Of a stretch of DNA of 48,978 nt, positions 36,081 through 45,580 are shown piece by piece. This DNA comes from Alphaproteobacteria bacterium (lineage in GTDB: Bacteria > Pseudomonadota > Alphaproteobacteria > Rhodobacterales > Rhodobacteraceae): assembly GCA_037127855.1 (NCBI GenBank), contig JBAXXO010000001.1, positions 1 to 48,978 on the forward strand, written 5' to 3'. Below the pieces are notes generated by a model, which did not search any database, was not told the DNA's origin, and saw only the letters and a list, made by a program, of their open reading frames with translations. The translations under genes were made by a program, and so were the position numbers. Each line of letters starts with the position of its first letter. The first letter of the stretch is position 1.

Positions 36081-36929
36081 TCACTTCCAGGCGGCCTGCG
36101 CCTCCATGCACAGCCGCTCATCGTCGGCAGCGGTCCACAGATGCAGCCCCTCTGCCGTTTCATCCGCGTTGACGGTAAAGGCCGCGCCGTCGATCAGCGG
36201 GCTTATGCCGCGAAACGCGAAGGTCGCAGGCGGTGCGCCCCGCAGGCGGGCGGCGTATTCAAGCATCAGTGTGACTTGCAGCGGGCCGTGGACCACGAGG
36301 CCCGCATAACCCTCGGACTGGATCGCATGATTGCGGTCATAGTGGATGCGGTGGCCGTTGAACGTGATGGCGGAATAGCGAAACAACAGCACCGGGTCGG
36401 CCATGACGCTGAACGACCAGCGCGCCTTTGGTGCCTGCGGGATCACCGGCGCGGGGGCATCGGGGTCACGCGGGGCACGATAGACGATGTCGTGCCGCTC
36501 GGTCAGGATCAGCCCTTGCGCGCTGGTGAACGCGTGATGGACCGTCACAAAGCACAGCGCCCCGCTGCGGCCCGTTTTCACAACCACGTCACGCACGGTC
36601 GATTGCCGCGTAACCACATCGCCGACCTTGAAACGTCCATGCAGGTCGATCTGTCCACCCGCCCACATCCGGTGCGGCAATGGCACCGGCGGCAGCAGTC
36701 CGCCGCGTTTGGGGTGCCCGTCCAGCCCAAGCTGCGACATCGGACGTATGGCGGGTGCAAGGCACCAATGGATCGCCAAGGGGGCTTCGTCGCCAATGGC
36801 GCGCTCTGGGGTGGGGTCGTCCAGTATGGCCAGATAGCCTGCGACCAGCCGGGCTGAGACGGTATCCTCGACCGTTTCGGTCCGGCCGATCCATTGGCGC
36901 AGGTGGTCAATGTCCAGGAGGCCGGTCAC
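36081..36929 (-). CDS. Double hot-dog (MaoC/FAS1-like) acyl-CoA hydratase, itaconyl-/mesaconyl-CoA hydratase-like
   Basis: LRQWIGR, LG.DGHPKRGG.LPPV, RMWAGG, LFRYSAITFNGHRIHYD, LVVHGPL. GTG start overlaps the upstream TGA. Confidence 0.85.
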   Translation of the reverse strand: MTGLLDIDHLRQWIGRTETVEDTVSARLVAGYLAILDDPTPERAIGDEAPLAIHWCLAPAIRPMSQLGLDGHPKRGGLLPPVPLPHRMWAGGQIDLHGRFKVGDVVTRQSTVRDVVVKTGRSGALCFVTVHHAFTSAQGLILTERHDIVYRAPRDPDAPAPVIPQAPKARWSFSVMADPVLLFRYSAITFNGHRIHYDRNHAIQSEGYAGLVVHGPLQVTLMLEYAARLRGAPPATFAFRGISPLIDGAAFTVNADETAEGLHLWTAADDERLCMEAQAAWK

Positions 36930-38038
36930 TTGGAAAACTCCGCCCGGATCTGATCGGTGTGTTCGCCAAGCTCTGGAACAGGTCCAGCCACCAGATCGCG
37001 GCGCAACGCAGACACCGCCCCGCTGAAGCTCCCCCCCGCCACACGGCCTGCCATCCGGCGCAACGCCGGGTGTGCGGACAAATCCGCCACGGTGCTGACC
37101 CGCGACCAAGGCAGGTCTGCGGCCTGCAGCACCGCAATCATTCCGGCCTGGGTCTGGGCCGCGAAAATCGGGCCGATAAGGTCATCCAGCGCTGCGCGAT
37201 TGACCACGCGGGCCGGGTTGCTGGCAAAGCGGGGGTCTTGCGCAAGATCCGGGCGTTGCAGGACCATGTCGCAAAACCGCACCCACTCTTGTGGGGTTTG
37301 CACGACGGCCACCACGTCGCCGTCAGCGCAGGCATAGGCGCCATAGGGATAGATCGACGCGTGGCGCAGCCCCACCCGCGGCGTGTCCCGCTGGCCATAG
37401 TCGTGGTGCAACAAAGGCACCGACATCAGATCCGCCATGGCGTCAAACATGGCGATCTCGATCACTTTGCCCCGCCCAGTCTGCCCGCGCTCCAACAAAG
37501 CCTCAAGGACGGCTGCATGTGCCGTCATACCCGTCGTGACATCGGCCAGCGAGACACCGACCTTTACCGGGGTTTCGGCCGTCCCGGTCACAGAACACAG
37601 CCCGCATTCCGCCTGGATCAGCATGTCATAAGCGCGCATCGAATGTGCTGGGGTGTTTTGTCCGAAGCCGACGATATCGACAGCAATGAGGCCAGGATAG
37701 CGTGCCACCAGGTCAGCCGCCCCCAGACCCAGCCGCGCAGCGGCACCGGGGGCCAGGTTCTGCACAAACACATCGGCTTGCGCGACCATAGCCTCGACCA
37801 GGGCGCGGTCCGCTACGGCCTTGATGTCAAGCACAGCACTTTGCTTGCCGCGGTTCAGCCAGGCGAAATAGGCGCTGGTGCCGTGGACGGCGCGGTCATA
37901 GTGGCGCGCCGTGTCACCGGTTTCCCGCTCGACCTTGATGACGCGCGCGCCCGCGTCGGCCAGCCGCACGGTGCAGGCAGGTGCCGCAACCGCCTGTTCG
38001 ATGGCGACAACCAGCAGCCCTGTCAGCGGACCCGCCAT
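36926..38038 (-). CDS. Class III CoA-transferase (CaiB/BaiF)
   Basis: PL.GL.V..IEQAVAAP, LADAGARVIKVE, LNRGKQS, AYD..IQAE.G. Confidence 0.92.
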   Translation of the reverse strand: MAGPLTGLLVVAIEQAVAAPACTVRLADAGARVIKVERETGDTARHYDRAVHGTSAYFAWLNRGKQSAVLDIKAVADRALVEAMVAQADVFVQNLAPGAAARLGLGAADLVARYPGLIAVDIVGFGQNTPAHSMRAYDMLIQAECGLCSVTGTAETPVKVGVSLADVTTGMTAHAAVLEALLERGQTGRGKVIEIAMFDAMADLMSVPLLHHDYGQRDTPRVGLRHASIYPYGAYACADGDVVAVVQTPQEWVRFCDMVLQRPDLAQDPRFASNPARVVNRAALDDLIGPIFAAQTQAGMIAVLQAADLPWSRVSTVADLSAHPALRRMAGRVAGGSFSGAVSALRRDLVAGPVPELGEHTDQIRAEFSK

Positions 38039-38039
38039 T

Positions 38040-39212
38040 TCAGTAAGACCTTGGCAGGCCAAGCACATGCTCGGCCAAATGAGACAAGATCAGGTTGGTC
38101 GAAATCGGCGCAACCTGATACAGCCGTGCCTCACGGAACTTGCGTTCGATGTCGTATTCTTCGGCAAAGCCGTAACCGCCGTGGGTCTGCACGCAAGCCT
38201 CGGCGGCGGCCCAAGAGGCCTCGGCAGCCAGCATCTTGGCCATGTTCGCCTCTGCGCCACAGTCCTTGCCCGCCTCGAACAGGCCGGCTGCATGTCGGAC
38301 CATCAGGTCAGCGGCGCGCATCTGCGCATAGGCACGCGCGATGGGAAACTGAACGCCCTGATTCTGGCCAATCTGGCGGCCAAAGACCCGGCGCTCGTTG
38401 GCGTAAGCCGTCGCCTTGGCGATGAACCATTTGGCGTCGCCGATACATTCCGCAGCGATCAGCACGCGTTCTGCGTTCATGCCGGACAGGATGTAACGAA
38501 AGCCACGGCCCTGCTCGCCGATCAGGTTTTCGGCCGGCACCATGACGTTGTCGAAAAACACCTCGGTGGTGGAGTGGTTCATCATGGTCCGAATGGGCCG
38601 GATCGTCATTCCGGCCTGAAGCGCCCGTTTCATGTCGACGATGAAGACCGAAAGCCCATCCGTTCGCTTGGCCACTTTGTCCTTGGGCGTCGTTCGGGCC
38701 AGTAGCAGCATCAGGTCGGAATGTTCGGCCCGACTGGTCCAGACCTTTTGCCCGTTGACCACGTAATGATCGCCGCGCTTTTCGGCAAAGGTGGTGATCG
38801 AGGTCGTGTCCGTGCCGCTGCCCGGTTCGGTCACGCCAAAAGCCTGAAGCCGCAAGGCACCTGATGCAATCTGCGGCAGGTAGCGGGCCTTTTGCGCATC
38901 GGACCCATGCCGCAAAAGACTGCCCATGATGTACATCTGCGCATGACATGCCGCGCCATTGGCCCCGGCTTTCTGAATCTCCTCCAGCACGGCAGCCGCC
39001 ACACTCAAGCTTAAGCCGGCACCGCCATAGGCTTCGGGGATCAAGACCGAAAGATAGCCCGCTTCGGTCAGGGCCGTCACAAATTCGGTCGGATAACCAG
39101 CCTCGCGGTCAAGCTTGCGCCAGTATGTGCCGGGAAACTGTCCGCAAAGGCGCGCCACAGACACGCGGATCTCGCGGATTTCGTCGCTTTCGTCAGGGTT
39201 TTCGTAGGGCAT
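38040..39212 (-). CDS. Acyl-CoA dehydrogenase
   Basis: LIPEAYGGAG, AFGVTEP.SGTD, NGQKVWTS, FG..IG..QGVQF, QTHGGYGF..EY.IER. Confidence 0.93.
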   Translation of the reverse strand: MPYENPDESDEIREIRVSVARLCGQFPGTYWRKLDREAGYPTEFVTALTEAGYLSVLIPEAYGGAGLSLSVAAAVLEEIQKAGANGAACHAQMYIMGSLLRHGSDAQKARYLPQIASGALRLQAFGVTEPGSGTDTTSITTFAEKRGDHYVVNGQKVWTSRAEHSDLMLLLARTTPKDKVAKRTDGLSVFIVDMKRALQAGMTIRPIRTMMNHSTTEVFFDNVMVPAENLIGEQGRGFRYILSGMNAERVLIAAECIGDAKWFIAKATAYANERRVFGRQIGQNQGVQFPIARAYAQMRAADLMVRHAAGLFEAGKDCGAEANMAKMLAAEASWAAAEACVQTHGGYGFAEEYDIERKFREARLYQVAPISTNLILSHLAEHVLGLPRSY

Positions 39213-39286
39213 CAACGGACCTTTTTGGATTACATCGGATAAGACACACAAGGCAAAGCCGGGCAGAAGCCTGGATCTGCCGATTT

Positions 39287-39311
39287 CAGTTATGCCGGAT
39301 CGGCATAACTG
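39287..39311. promoter_or_regulatory. Perfect palindrome, putative operator (LysR-type) upstream of the acyl-CoA dehydrogenase operon
   Basis: CAGTTATGCCG-GAT-CGGCATAACTG; contains a T-N11-A core; lies in a divergent intergenic region. Confidence 0.55.
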
Positions 39312-39388
39312 CTTGCAGACCTGCGCGGGTGCACCTGGCCCTGGACGAATGCTAGGCTTGTGCGCCGCGTGGGGAAAAGGGGCCGGGG

Positions 39389-40051
39389 ATGACGCTTTCG
39401 ATAGACCTCTTCTGGTCGTTTCGCAGCCCCTATTCCTATCTCTTGCTGCCAAGGATCGTTTCCTTGAAGCGCGACTTCGACATTGATGTCGATCTGCACG
39501 TCGTCCATCCTGCGGCACTTAGAAATCCGGCGTATTTTGCCCGCATGGACCCGTTGGCCCGCCCCTATTTCCTGGCTGACAGCGCGCGGGCGGCGGCGTT
39601 TCTTGGCCTGCCCTTTCGCAGGCCCGTCCCCGACCCTATCAGCCAGGACCCGATCACCTTGGCCATAAGCCGCGACCAACCGCTTGCGATATGGCTCGGC
39701 CGTCTTGGCGTCGCAGCGACAGAGCGGGGCCAAGGGCTGGCCTTTGCAGATCAGGTTTCGCGCCTGCTCTGGGATGGAACCGTGACAGGCTGGGACAGCG
39801 GCGATCATGTGAAGCGGGCCACGGCGCAAGCCGGGCTTGATCTTGCGGACCTGACGGCTTTGGTTGCGGCAGATCCCGCGCATTACGACGCGCAGCTTGC
39901 GCAAAACAACGCCCTGTTGCGGGCGGCGGGACATTGGGGCGTCCCCAGCATGGTCTTTTCCGGTGAGGTTTTCTTTGGGCAGGATCGGTTTGACGTCTTG
40001 CTGTGGCGGCTGCAGCAGGCGGGGCTTGCGCGACGTGGCGTCACTCGCTGA
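39389..40051 (+). CDS. 2-hydroxychromene-2-carboxylate isomerase / GST-kappa (DsbA-like) family protein
   Basis: FWSFRSPYSYL; GHWGVPSM..GEVFFGQDR. Confidence 0.88.
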   Translation: MTLSIDLFWSFRSPYSYLLLPRIVSLKRDFDIDVDLHVVHPAALRNPAYFARMDPLARPYFLADSARAAAFLGLPFRRPVPDPISQDPITLAISRDQPLAIWLGRLGVAATERGQGLAFADQVSRLLWDGTVTGWDSGDHVKRATAQAGLDLADLTALVAADPAHYDAQLAQNNALLRAAGHWGVPSMVFSGEVFFGQDRFDVLLWRLQQAGLARRGVTR

Positions 40052-40223
40052 CCGCTCGACCTTTTTTCAATCGCTGACGCGCCTCCCGCATCTGGCCTGC
40101 GCGGGCAATGACGGGTGCAGCCACCATTTGCCGCCGCAGCGCGAAAAGGGCACCGCCGCCCACGTGCAGCGCCGCGATGGTGTCATCGGTCAATGTCATG
40201 CTGAATGGGGCAGCACATGGTGC

Positions 40224-41540
40224 TCATGACGCCCGCAGAAGTTTGCCCAGATCGGATGCTGTCCGCGCGTCCAGTTGGACGACCGCTTGCCACAGACCTT
40301 CTGCCTCGGCTCCCAAAAGCCCGGTTGCCTTGGCGCGCAGGCTTGCTTCCAGCACGTCGGGGCCAAGAGGGGCTGCAAGGTCATGTCCGAACCGCAGCAC
40401 CACGCCATCGGTCAGCACAATATCGCCCACTGCCTGCATATCGCTGACCTTGGCGTCGCCCGTTACCGTAATCTTGCTTGCAAATGCCGTCAGTTCAAGG
40501 TCGGCAGCCAACGCGTCGGTATAGCTCCGGTCGGCAGCGGTCTGACGGTCCAGCAGTACCATGCCTGCAAGCCAGGTGTAACTGAACTTGACCTCCAGCC
40601 CGGTGCGCGGCGCTTTGATATCACAGACCGACAGCCAGCGTGGGCTGGTCCGCAGGTGGATCGCCGCCACCCGTTCCGCCGAAAGTTGATGCAAACGCCG
40701 AGCGGCTGCCAGCCCCTCGATCATCGCATGGGTGCCGTGACAGCAGGCGTGCAGTTTGTATTTGATCTGCTCGAACACAAAGGTGCCGGGCGGTGGTGCA
40801 TCCCAAACTCCGACCTCGGACGGCGCATCGGAATGCGTTGCCACAAAGCCCTGCTGCCCCATCACCCCATCGTCCGCCGAGGTAAAGCCCCGACGCGCCA
40901 ACCCCGCGCATTCCACCCCGTTGGCGGCGGCGAGCCCGGCGTTATAGGGTTTGCCCATCGTGCCGAACTGCGATTTCAGGCCCGAAGCACGGGTGGCACA
41001 CAGGCCCAGGGCCACACGCATCTGATCGCGGGTCAGATCATAAACCCGCCCCGCCGCGATGGTGGCACCAAAGGCACCCGCCGTGGCGGTCTGGTGAAAG
41101 CCTCGGTTGTAATGCGCCGAACCCAGCACCATCCCCAGCCGCACAGACGCCTCGGCCCCGATCAAAAACGCATCCGCGACGGTTGCAGCGCTGGCACCAA
41201 CCTCCTCGCCCACCGCCAGGGCAGCGGGATAAATCCCGACCGAGGGATGGCCCACATGGCCGAAATGGGTATCATCGTAGTCCAGCGCATGGCTGGTTGC
41301 GCCATTGACCAGGGCCACCGCCCGCGCCGGTGCCTGCCCACCGCCAAAGATTGACGCGACCGGGCGTCCGCCTTCTGCCGCCACATATTTGCGCAAGATG
41401 CACGCCAAGGGCTCATCCACCCCGGCGCGGCCGCATACCAACCAGTCGAATAGCGAAAACCGGGCCATGATCCGTGCACTTTGCGGAATCTCGGCTGCGG
41501 GCAGCGCAGCAAGGTCAAGCAGTCGCGAAAGGGTCGTCAT
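40224..41540 (-). CDS. MmgE/PrpD-family protein
   Basis: NGATSHALDYDDTH, GHPS, HYNRGFHQT.T.G.FGA, QFGTMGKP, K.HACCHGTH, LEVKFS. Confidence 0.92.
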   Translation of the reverse strand: MTTLSRLLDLAALPAAEIPQSARIMARFSLFDWLVCGRAGVDEPLACILRKYVAAEGGRPVASIFGGGQAPARAVALVNGATSHALDYDDTHFGHVGHPSVGIYPAALAVGEEVGASAATVADAFLIGAEASVRLGMVLGSAHYNRGFHQTATAGAFGATIAAGRVYDLTRDQMRVALGLCATRASGLKSQFGTMGKPYNAGLAAANGVECAGLARRGFTSADDGVMGQQGFVATHSDAPSEVGVWDAPPPGTFVFEQIKYKLHACCHGTHAMIEGLAAARRLHQLSAERVAAIHLRTSPRWLSVCDIKAPRTGLEVKFSYTWLAGMVLLDRQTAADRSYTDALAADLELTAFASKITVTGDAKVSDMQAVGDIVLTDGVVLRFGHDLAAPLGPDVLEASLRAKATGLLGAEAEGLWQAVVQLDARTASDLGKLLRAS

Positions 41541-41738
41541 GTCAGTTTCTTTCCAATGGAATTGGTGTAACCCGGCGCCCGGTATTGTCAGACCTATGCG
41601 AACCCGGCTCGGTTTTCCAGTCTGGGCAACCTGTCAGGCCTTTGTCATCTGTGTCATCGCCATCAGCGTGACCGGTTTTTGTGCGCTGATCTGTGCAATG
41701 GGCGACCCAATCTGGTGTCTTGCCGCCCGGTGGCGTGC

Positions 41739-41790
41739 TAACGCGTGTTGCGCCAAATCAGGTGAACCTGAATTCGGGCAATGCGCGTCA
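41739..41790. repeat. Degenerate 52-bp palindromic repeat (copy 3) ending in the metallophosphoesterase stop codon
   Basis: TAACGCGTGTTGCGCCAAATCAGG-TGAA-CCTGAATTCGGGCAATGCGCGTCA; shares the core AATCAGGTGAACCTGA with the 7758 copy. Confidence 0.7.
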
Positions 41791-42516
41791 TGGCAGCAGT
41801 GCCACCCTTCCCTTTGGGGTCAAAAGCCATGCAGCGCGCCCCTCGATCACCACGGCGGACAAGGGGCCGCCATAGGCCGCACCGGAGTCGATGTTCAGCC
41901 GGTTGCCGTAATGCGTCGCCTGATCGACCGAGGTATGGCCATGCACAATCAAGGCGCCATGGTCGCGCTGGTCGGTCAGAAATTCGGCCCGGATCCAGAC
42001 CAGATCCTGTTCCAACTGCGCCGCCAGCGCCACGCCGGGCCTTATGCCGGCATGAACGAACACCGCCTCGCCCCAGCGAAACAATGTGGGGCAGCGGTCG
42101 AGAAAGGCCCGGTGATCGGCAGGCACCGCCGCCACCGCTTCGGCATGAACCGGGGGCAAGGGGCGGTCAGCGGCATTGCGCACCCCGTAAGACGCAAGTG
42201 TCGCCGCGCCGCCGATCTTGGGGTGCAGATAGGCCATTTCGGGGCGCAAACCGGGGTCATGCCAAGCGGGATCGTCGAGAAAGCGGCTGAGCAGACGGTC
42301 ATGGTTACCTTTCAGCACCACCCAATCCTTGCCCGCCGCCGCACCGCGCGCCAGATATTCCACGACACCGCGACTGTCAGGACCACGGTCAACCAGATCG
42401 CCGACATGGATGACGGGTCCGGCACCATACAGGGCCTGATCGGCGCGGATCAGGTCATGGGCAGCCAGCAGCAGGTCGAGATGGCCGTGAATATCGCCGA
42501 TTGCATAGCTGAACAT
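41788..42516 (-). CDS. Metallophosphoesterase (PphA/ApaH-like)
   Basis: GDIHG, GDLVDRG, GNHD, FVHAG, HGHT. Confidence 0.93.
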   Translation of the reverse strand: MFSYAIGDIHGHLDLLLAAHDLIRADQALYGAGPVIHVGDLVDRGPDSRGVVEYLARGAAAGKDWVVLKGNHDRLLSRFLDDPAWHDPGLRPEMAYLHPKIGGAATLASYGVRNAADRPLPPVHAEAVAAVPADHRAFLDRCPTLFRWGEAVFVHAGIRPGVALAAQLEQDLVWIRAEFLTDQRDHGALIVHGHTSVDQATHYGNRLNIDSGAAYGGPLSAVVIEGRAAWLLTPKGRVALLP

Positions 42517-42570
42517 CGCATCTCCATCGGGTGGGCGGGCCGGTTCTAGCCATTGGTCCGGACCGTAGTG

Positions 42571-44166
42571 TCAGGCCACATCGAATTGCAGGGGCTTGAC
42601 CTGACTGAACACGCCCGTCGCTTCCAACATGTTGACCACTTTGGGATCAATGCGCTGATCCAGATAAAGGATCGCCAAGGCGTCCTGCCCCACGCCCGAG
42701 CGGCCAAGGGTAAAGTTGGCGATGTTGACGTTGTTCTTGCCCAGCGTCATGCCCAGCAGGCCGATGATGCCGGGCACATCCTCGTTGGTGGTATAAAGCA
42801 TATGTGCGCCGATCTCGGCGTCGATATTGATGCCCTTGATCTGGATGAATCGCGGTTTGCCATCCGAAAAGCAGGTGCCTGCGACCGAGCGTTCGCGTTT
42901 GTCGGTGACCATGGTGACCTTGATATAGGCGTCGAACACGCCGGTCTTGTCTTGGCGTGTGGTGGAAATCTGGATGCCCTTGTCCTTGGCGACAACCGGG
43001 GCGGAGACGAGGTTGATGTCGGGGTTTTGGGTTTTCAGCACGCCTGCAATCACGGCCGAGTTCAGCGCGGCAAGGTTCATGGCGGCCACGGTGCCATCAT
43101 AAAGGATGTTGATCGCCTTGATCGGCTCGTCGGTCATCTGGCCGATGAAGGCGCCCAGATGACTGGCCAACTTGATCCATGGCCCCATGACAGCCGCCTC
43201 TTCGGCGGTGACATTGGGCATGTTCAGCGCATTCGACACCGCACCGGTCAGCAGGTAATCCGACATCTGCTCGGCCACTTGCAAGGCGACATTCTCTTGC
43301 GCTTCGGTGGTCGATGCGCCCAGATGCGGGGTGCAGACGACGTTGGCCATGCCAAAGAGCGGGCTTTGGGTGGCGGGTTCAACCTCGAACACGTCCAGCG
43401 CGGCACCGGCGACATGGCCGCTGGTCAGGGCGGCGGCAAGGGCCGTCTCGTCGATCAGACCGCCGCGGGCGCAGTTGATGATGCGCACGCCCTTGCGGGT
43501 CTTGGCCAGATTTTCGGCCGACAGGATGTTGCGGGTCTTGTCGGTCAGGGGCACATGCAGGGTGATGAAATCGGCACGGGCGAGCAGGTCGTCAAGCTCG
43601 ACCTTGATAACACCGAGGGTCTTGGCGCGCTCGTCGGACAGAAAGGGGTCATAAGCCACCACCTTCATCCGCAATCCGACGGCGCGGTCGCAGACAATGC
43701 CACCGATATTTCCGGCACCGATCACGCCGAGGGTCTTGTTGAACAGTTCCACCCCCATGAAGCGCGACTTTTCCCATTTGCCGGCTTGGGTGCTGGCGTT
43801 GGCCTCGGGCAGTTGGCGGGCGACGGCGAACATCATGGCGATCGCATGTTCGGCGGTGGTGATCGAGTTGCCGAAGGGCGTGTTCATCACGATCACCCCC
43901 TTTTTTGAGGCTGCGGGAATATCGACATTGTCGACCCCAATTCCGGCGCGGCCGACGACCTTGAGGTTCGTGGCGCGGGCCAGCAGCTTGTCAGTCACCT
44001 TGGTGGCGGACCGGATGGCTAGCCCGTCATATTGGCCGATAACGGCCGCAAGGGCGTCCTTGTCCCTGCCCAGTTTGGGCAAATAATCCACCGCAACTCC
44101 ACGGTCGCGAAAGATCTGAACGGCAGTTTCGGAGAGTTCGTCAGAAACGAGGACGCGGGGGGCCAT
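42571..44166 (-). CDS. serA: D-3-phosphoglycerate dehydrogenase
   Basis: GRAGIGVDN, NTPFGN..TTAEH, GAGNIG, NCARGG, PHLGAST.EAQ, C-terminal ACT domain. Confidence 0.97.
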   Translation of the reverse strand: MAPRVLVSDELSETAVQIFRDRGVAVDYLPKLGRDKDALAAVIGQYDGLAIRSATKVTDKLLARATNLKVVGRAGIGVDNVDIPAASKKGVIVMNTPFGNSITTAEHAIAMMFAVARQLPEANASTQAGKWEKSRFMGVELFNKTLGVIGAGNIGGIVCDRAVGLRMKVVAYDPFLSDERAKTLGVIKVELDDLLARADFITLHVPLTDKTRNILSAENLAKTRKGVRIINCARGGLIDETALAAALTSGHVAGAALDVFEVEPATQSPLFGMANVVCTPHLGASTTEAQENVALQVAEQMSDYLLTGAVSNALNMPNVTAEEAAVMGPWIKLASHLGAFIGQMTDEPIKAINILYDGTVAAMNLAALNSAVIAGVLKTQNPDINLVSAPVVAKDKGIQISTTRQDKTGVFDAYIKVTMVTDKRERSVAGTCFSDGKPRFIQIKGINIDAEIGAHMLYTTNEDVPGIIGLLGMTLGKNNVNIANFTLGRSGVGQDALAILYLDQRIDPKVVNMLEATGVFSQVKPLQFDVA

Positions 44167-44190
44167 ATTGGACTCCATTATCAAGGGGCA

Positions 44191-44243
44191 GGTGGGTTGG
44201 CACCCACCCTTCATGTGGGGGGCAGGATGGGTGCCAACCCAGC
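44191..44243. repeat. Inverted doublet of REP-like palindromes between serC and serA
   Basis: GGTGGGTTGGCACCCACCCT and its near reverse complement AGGATGGGTGCCAACCCAGC. Confidence 0.6.
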
Positions 44244-44249
44244 ACTCTT

Positions 44250-45398
44250 TCAGCTTTGCGCCGCGATTTCCGCCGCATAGGCATAGGCGATCCACGGCAG
44301 CAGGGCGGCGACATCTGCCGCCTCGACCGTAGAGCCGCACCAGACCCTGAGACCGGGGGGCGCATCGCGGTAGGCGCCGATGTCCAGACCGGCACCGGCC
44401 GTTTCGATGCGCTTGGCGACGGCTTTGGCAAAGGCCGCGCCATCCTTGATCCGCGGGTCGGAGAATTTCAGGCATACGCTGGTGGTCGAGGCGATGTCCG
44501 GCGTCTCGGCCAGATTGGCGATCCAGTCATGGGCGGCGCAGAAATCCCACAGCGATTGCGCATTTGCCGTGGCGCGGGCGATCAGACCGGGCAGGCCCCC
44601 GACCGATCTGGCCCATTTCAGGGCCACAAGGTAATCCTCTACCGCCATCATCGAGGGGGTGTTGATCGTCTCACCCTCAAAGATCCCCTCGATCAGTTTG
44701 CCCTTGCTGGTCAGGCGGAAAATCTTTGGCAAAGGCCATGCCGGTGTATAGGTCTCCAGCCGTTGCACCGCGCGGGGCGACAGGATCAGCATGCCATGCC
44801 CCCCCTCGCCACCCAACACCTTTTGCCAAGAAAACGTCACCACATCCAGCTTGTCCCACGGCAGGTCCATCGCAAAGGCCGCCGAGGTGGCATCGCATAC
44901 GGTCAGCCCCTTGCGGCTTGCCGGGATCGCATCGCCGTTCGGCAGTCGGCAGCCCGAGGTGGTGCCGTTCCAGGTGAACACCACATCGCTGTCAAAATCG
45001 ACCAATGCCAGATCGACGATCTGGCCATAGGGCGCGACCCGGACCTTGGCGTCGAGCCGCAACTGCGTGACGGCATCGGTCACCCAGCCTTCACCAAAGG
45101 ATTCCCAGGCCAGCATCTCGACCTTGCGGGCGCCCAGCAGCGACCACATCGCCATCTCGACCGCGCCGGTATCAGAGGCGGGCACGATGCCGATACGGTA
45201 GTCAGCGGGCACGCCAAGGATCTCGCGGGTCAGATCGATGGCCTCGGCCAGTTTGGATTTGCCGACGGCCGAGCGGTGTGACCGGCCCAGCGGCGCATCG
45301 GTCAGCATCTCAAGGCCAAAGCCGGGAATCTTGACGCAGGGGCCACAGGAAAAGCGCGGGTTTTCCGGGCGCAACGCCGGGGCGATCAGATCAGCCAT
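44250..45398 (-). CDS. serC: Phosphoserine aminotransferase (alphaproteobacterial type)
   Basis: PRFS.GPC.K, LGRSHRS, PASDTGA.EMA.W, WNGTTSG, DATS, FSWQK, TINTPS. Confidence 0.96.
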   Translation of the reverse strand: MADLIAPALRPENPRFSCGPCVKIPGFGLEMLTDAPLGRSHRSAVGKSKLAEAIDLTREILGVPADYRIGIVPASDTGAVEMAMWSLLGARKVEMLAWESFGEGWVTDAVTQLRLDAKVRVAPYGQIVDLALVDFDSDVVFTWNGTTSGCRLPNGDAIPASRKGLTVCDATSAAFAMDLPWDKLDVVTFSWQKVLGGEGGHGMLILSPRAVQRLETYTPAWPLPKIFRLTSKGKLIEGIFEGETINTPSMMAVEDYLVALKWARSVGGLPGLIARATANAQSLWDFCAAHDWIANLAETPDIASTTSVCLKFSDPRIKDGAAFAKAVAKRIETAGAGLDIGAYRDAPPGLRVWCGSTVEAADVAALLPWIAYAYAAEIAAQS

Positions 45399-45399
45399 T

Positions 45400-45450
45400 G
45401 TATCCTCACAGATAGATGCCCTTCGTTGGGGAAGGGTGTCCCAAGGCCGC
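45400..45450 (-). ncRNA. serC leader RNA motif
   Basis: Minus strand GGGACACCCTTCCCCAACGAAGGGCATC.. directly before the RBS/start of serC, matching the alphaproteobacterial serC leader. Confidence 0.75.
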
Positions 45451-45530
45451 ACCTACAAAACCCCTGAAAAAATAGCAATGGCCGATGATGCGTGCGCGGA
45501 TCACATCGCAGGTTCTGGCATGATCTTGCT

Positions 45531-45545
45531 GAACGGAACCGGAAC
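45531..45545. promoter_or_regulatory. Putative alphaproteobacterial LexA (SOS) box
   Basis: GAAC-GGAACCG-GAAC (GAAC-N7-GAAC). Confidence 0.5.
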
Positions 45546-45580
45546 AGACGGGGCAAAGTGGTACAAATCTGACACAATTT

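Noticed and set aside
42571-44475. Long N-terminal extensions in the ORF track (serA 634 aa, amidase 505 aa, acyl-CoA dehydrogenase 492 aa, hydratase 342 aa)
   Set aside because: The extensions overlap upstream genes or promoters; family homology and RBS positions support the downstream starts used.
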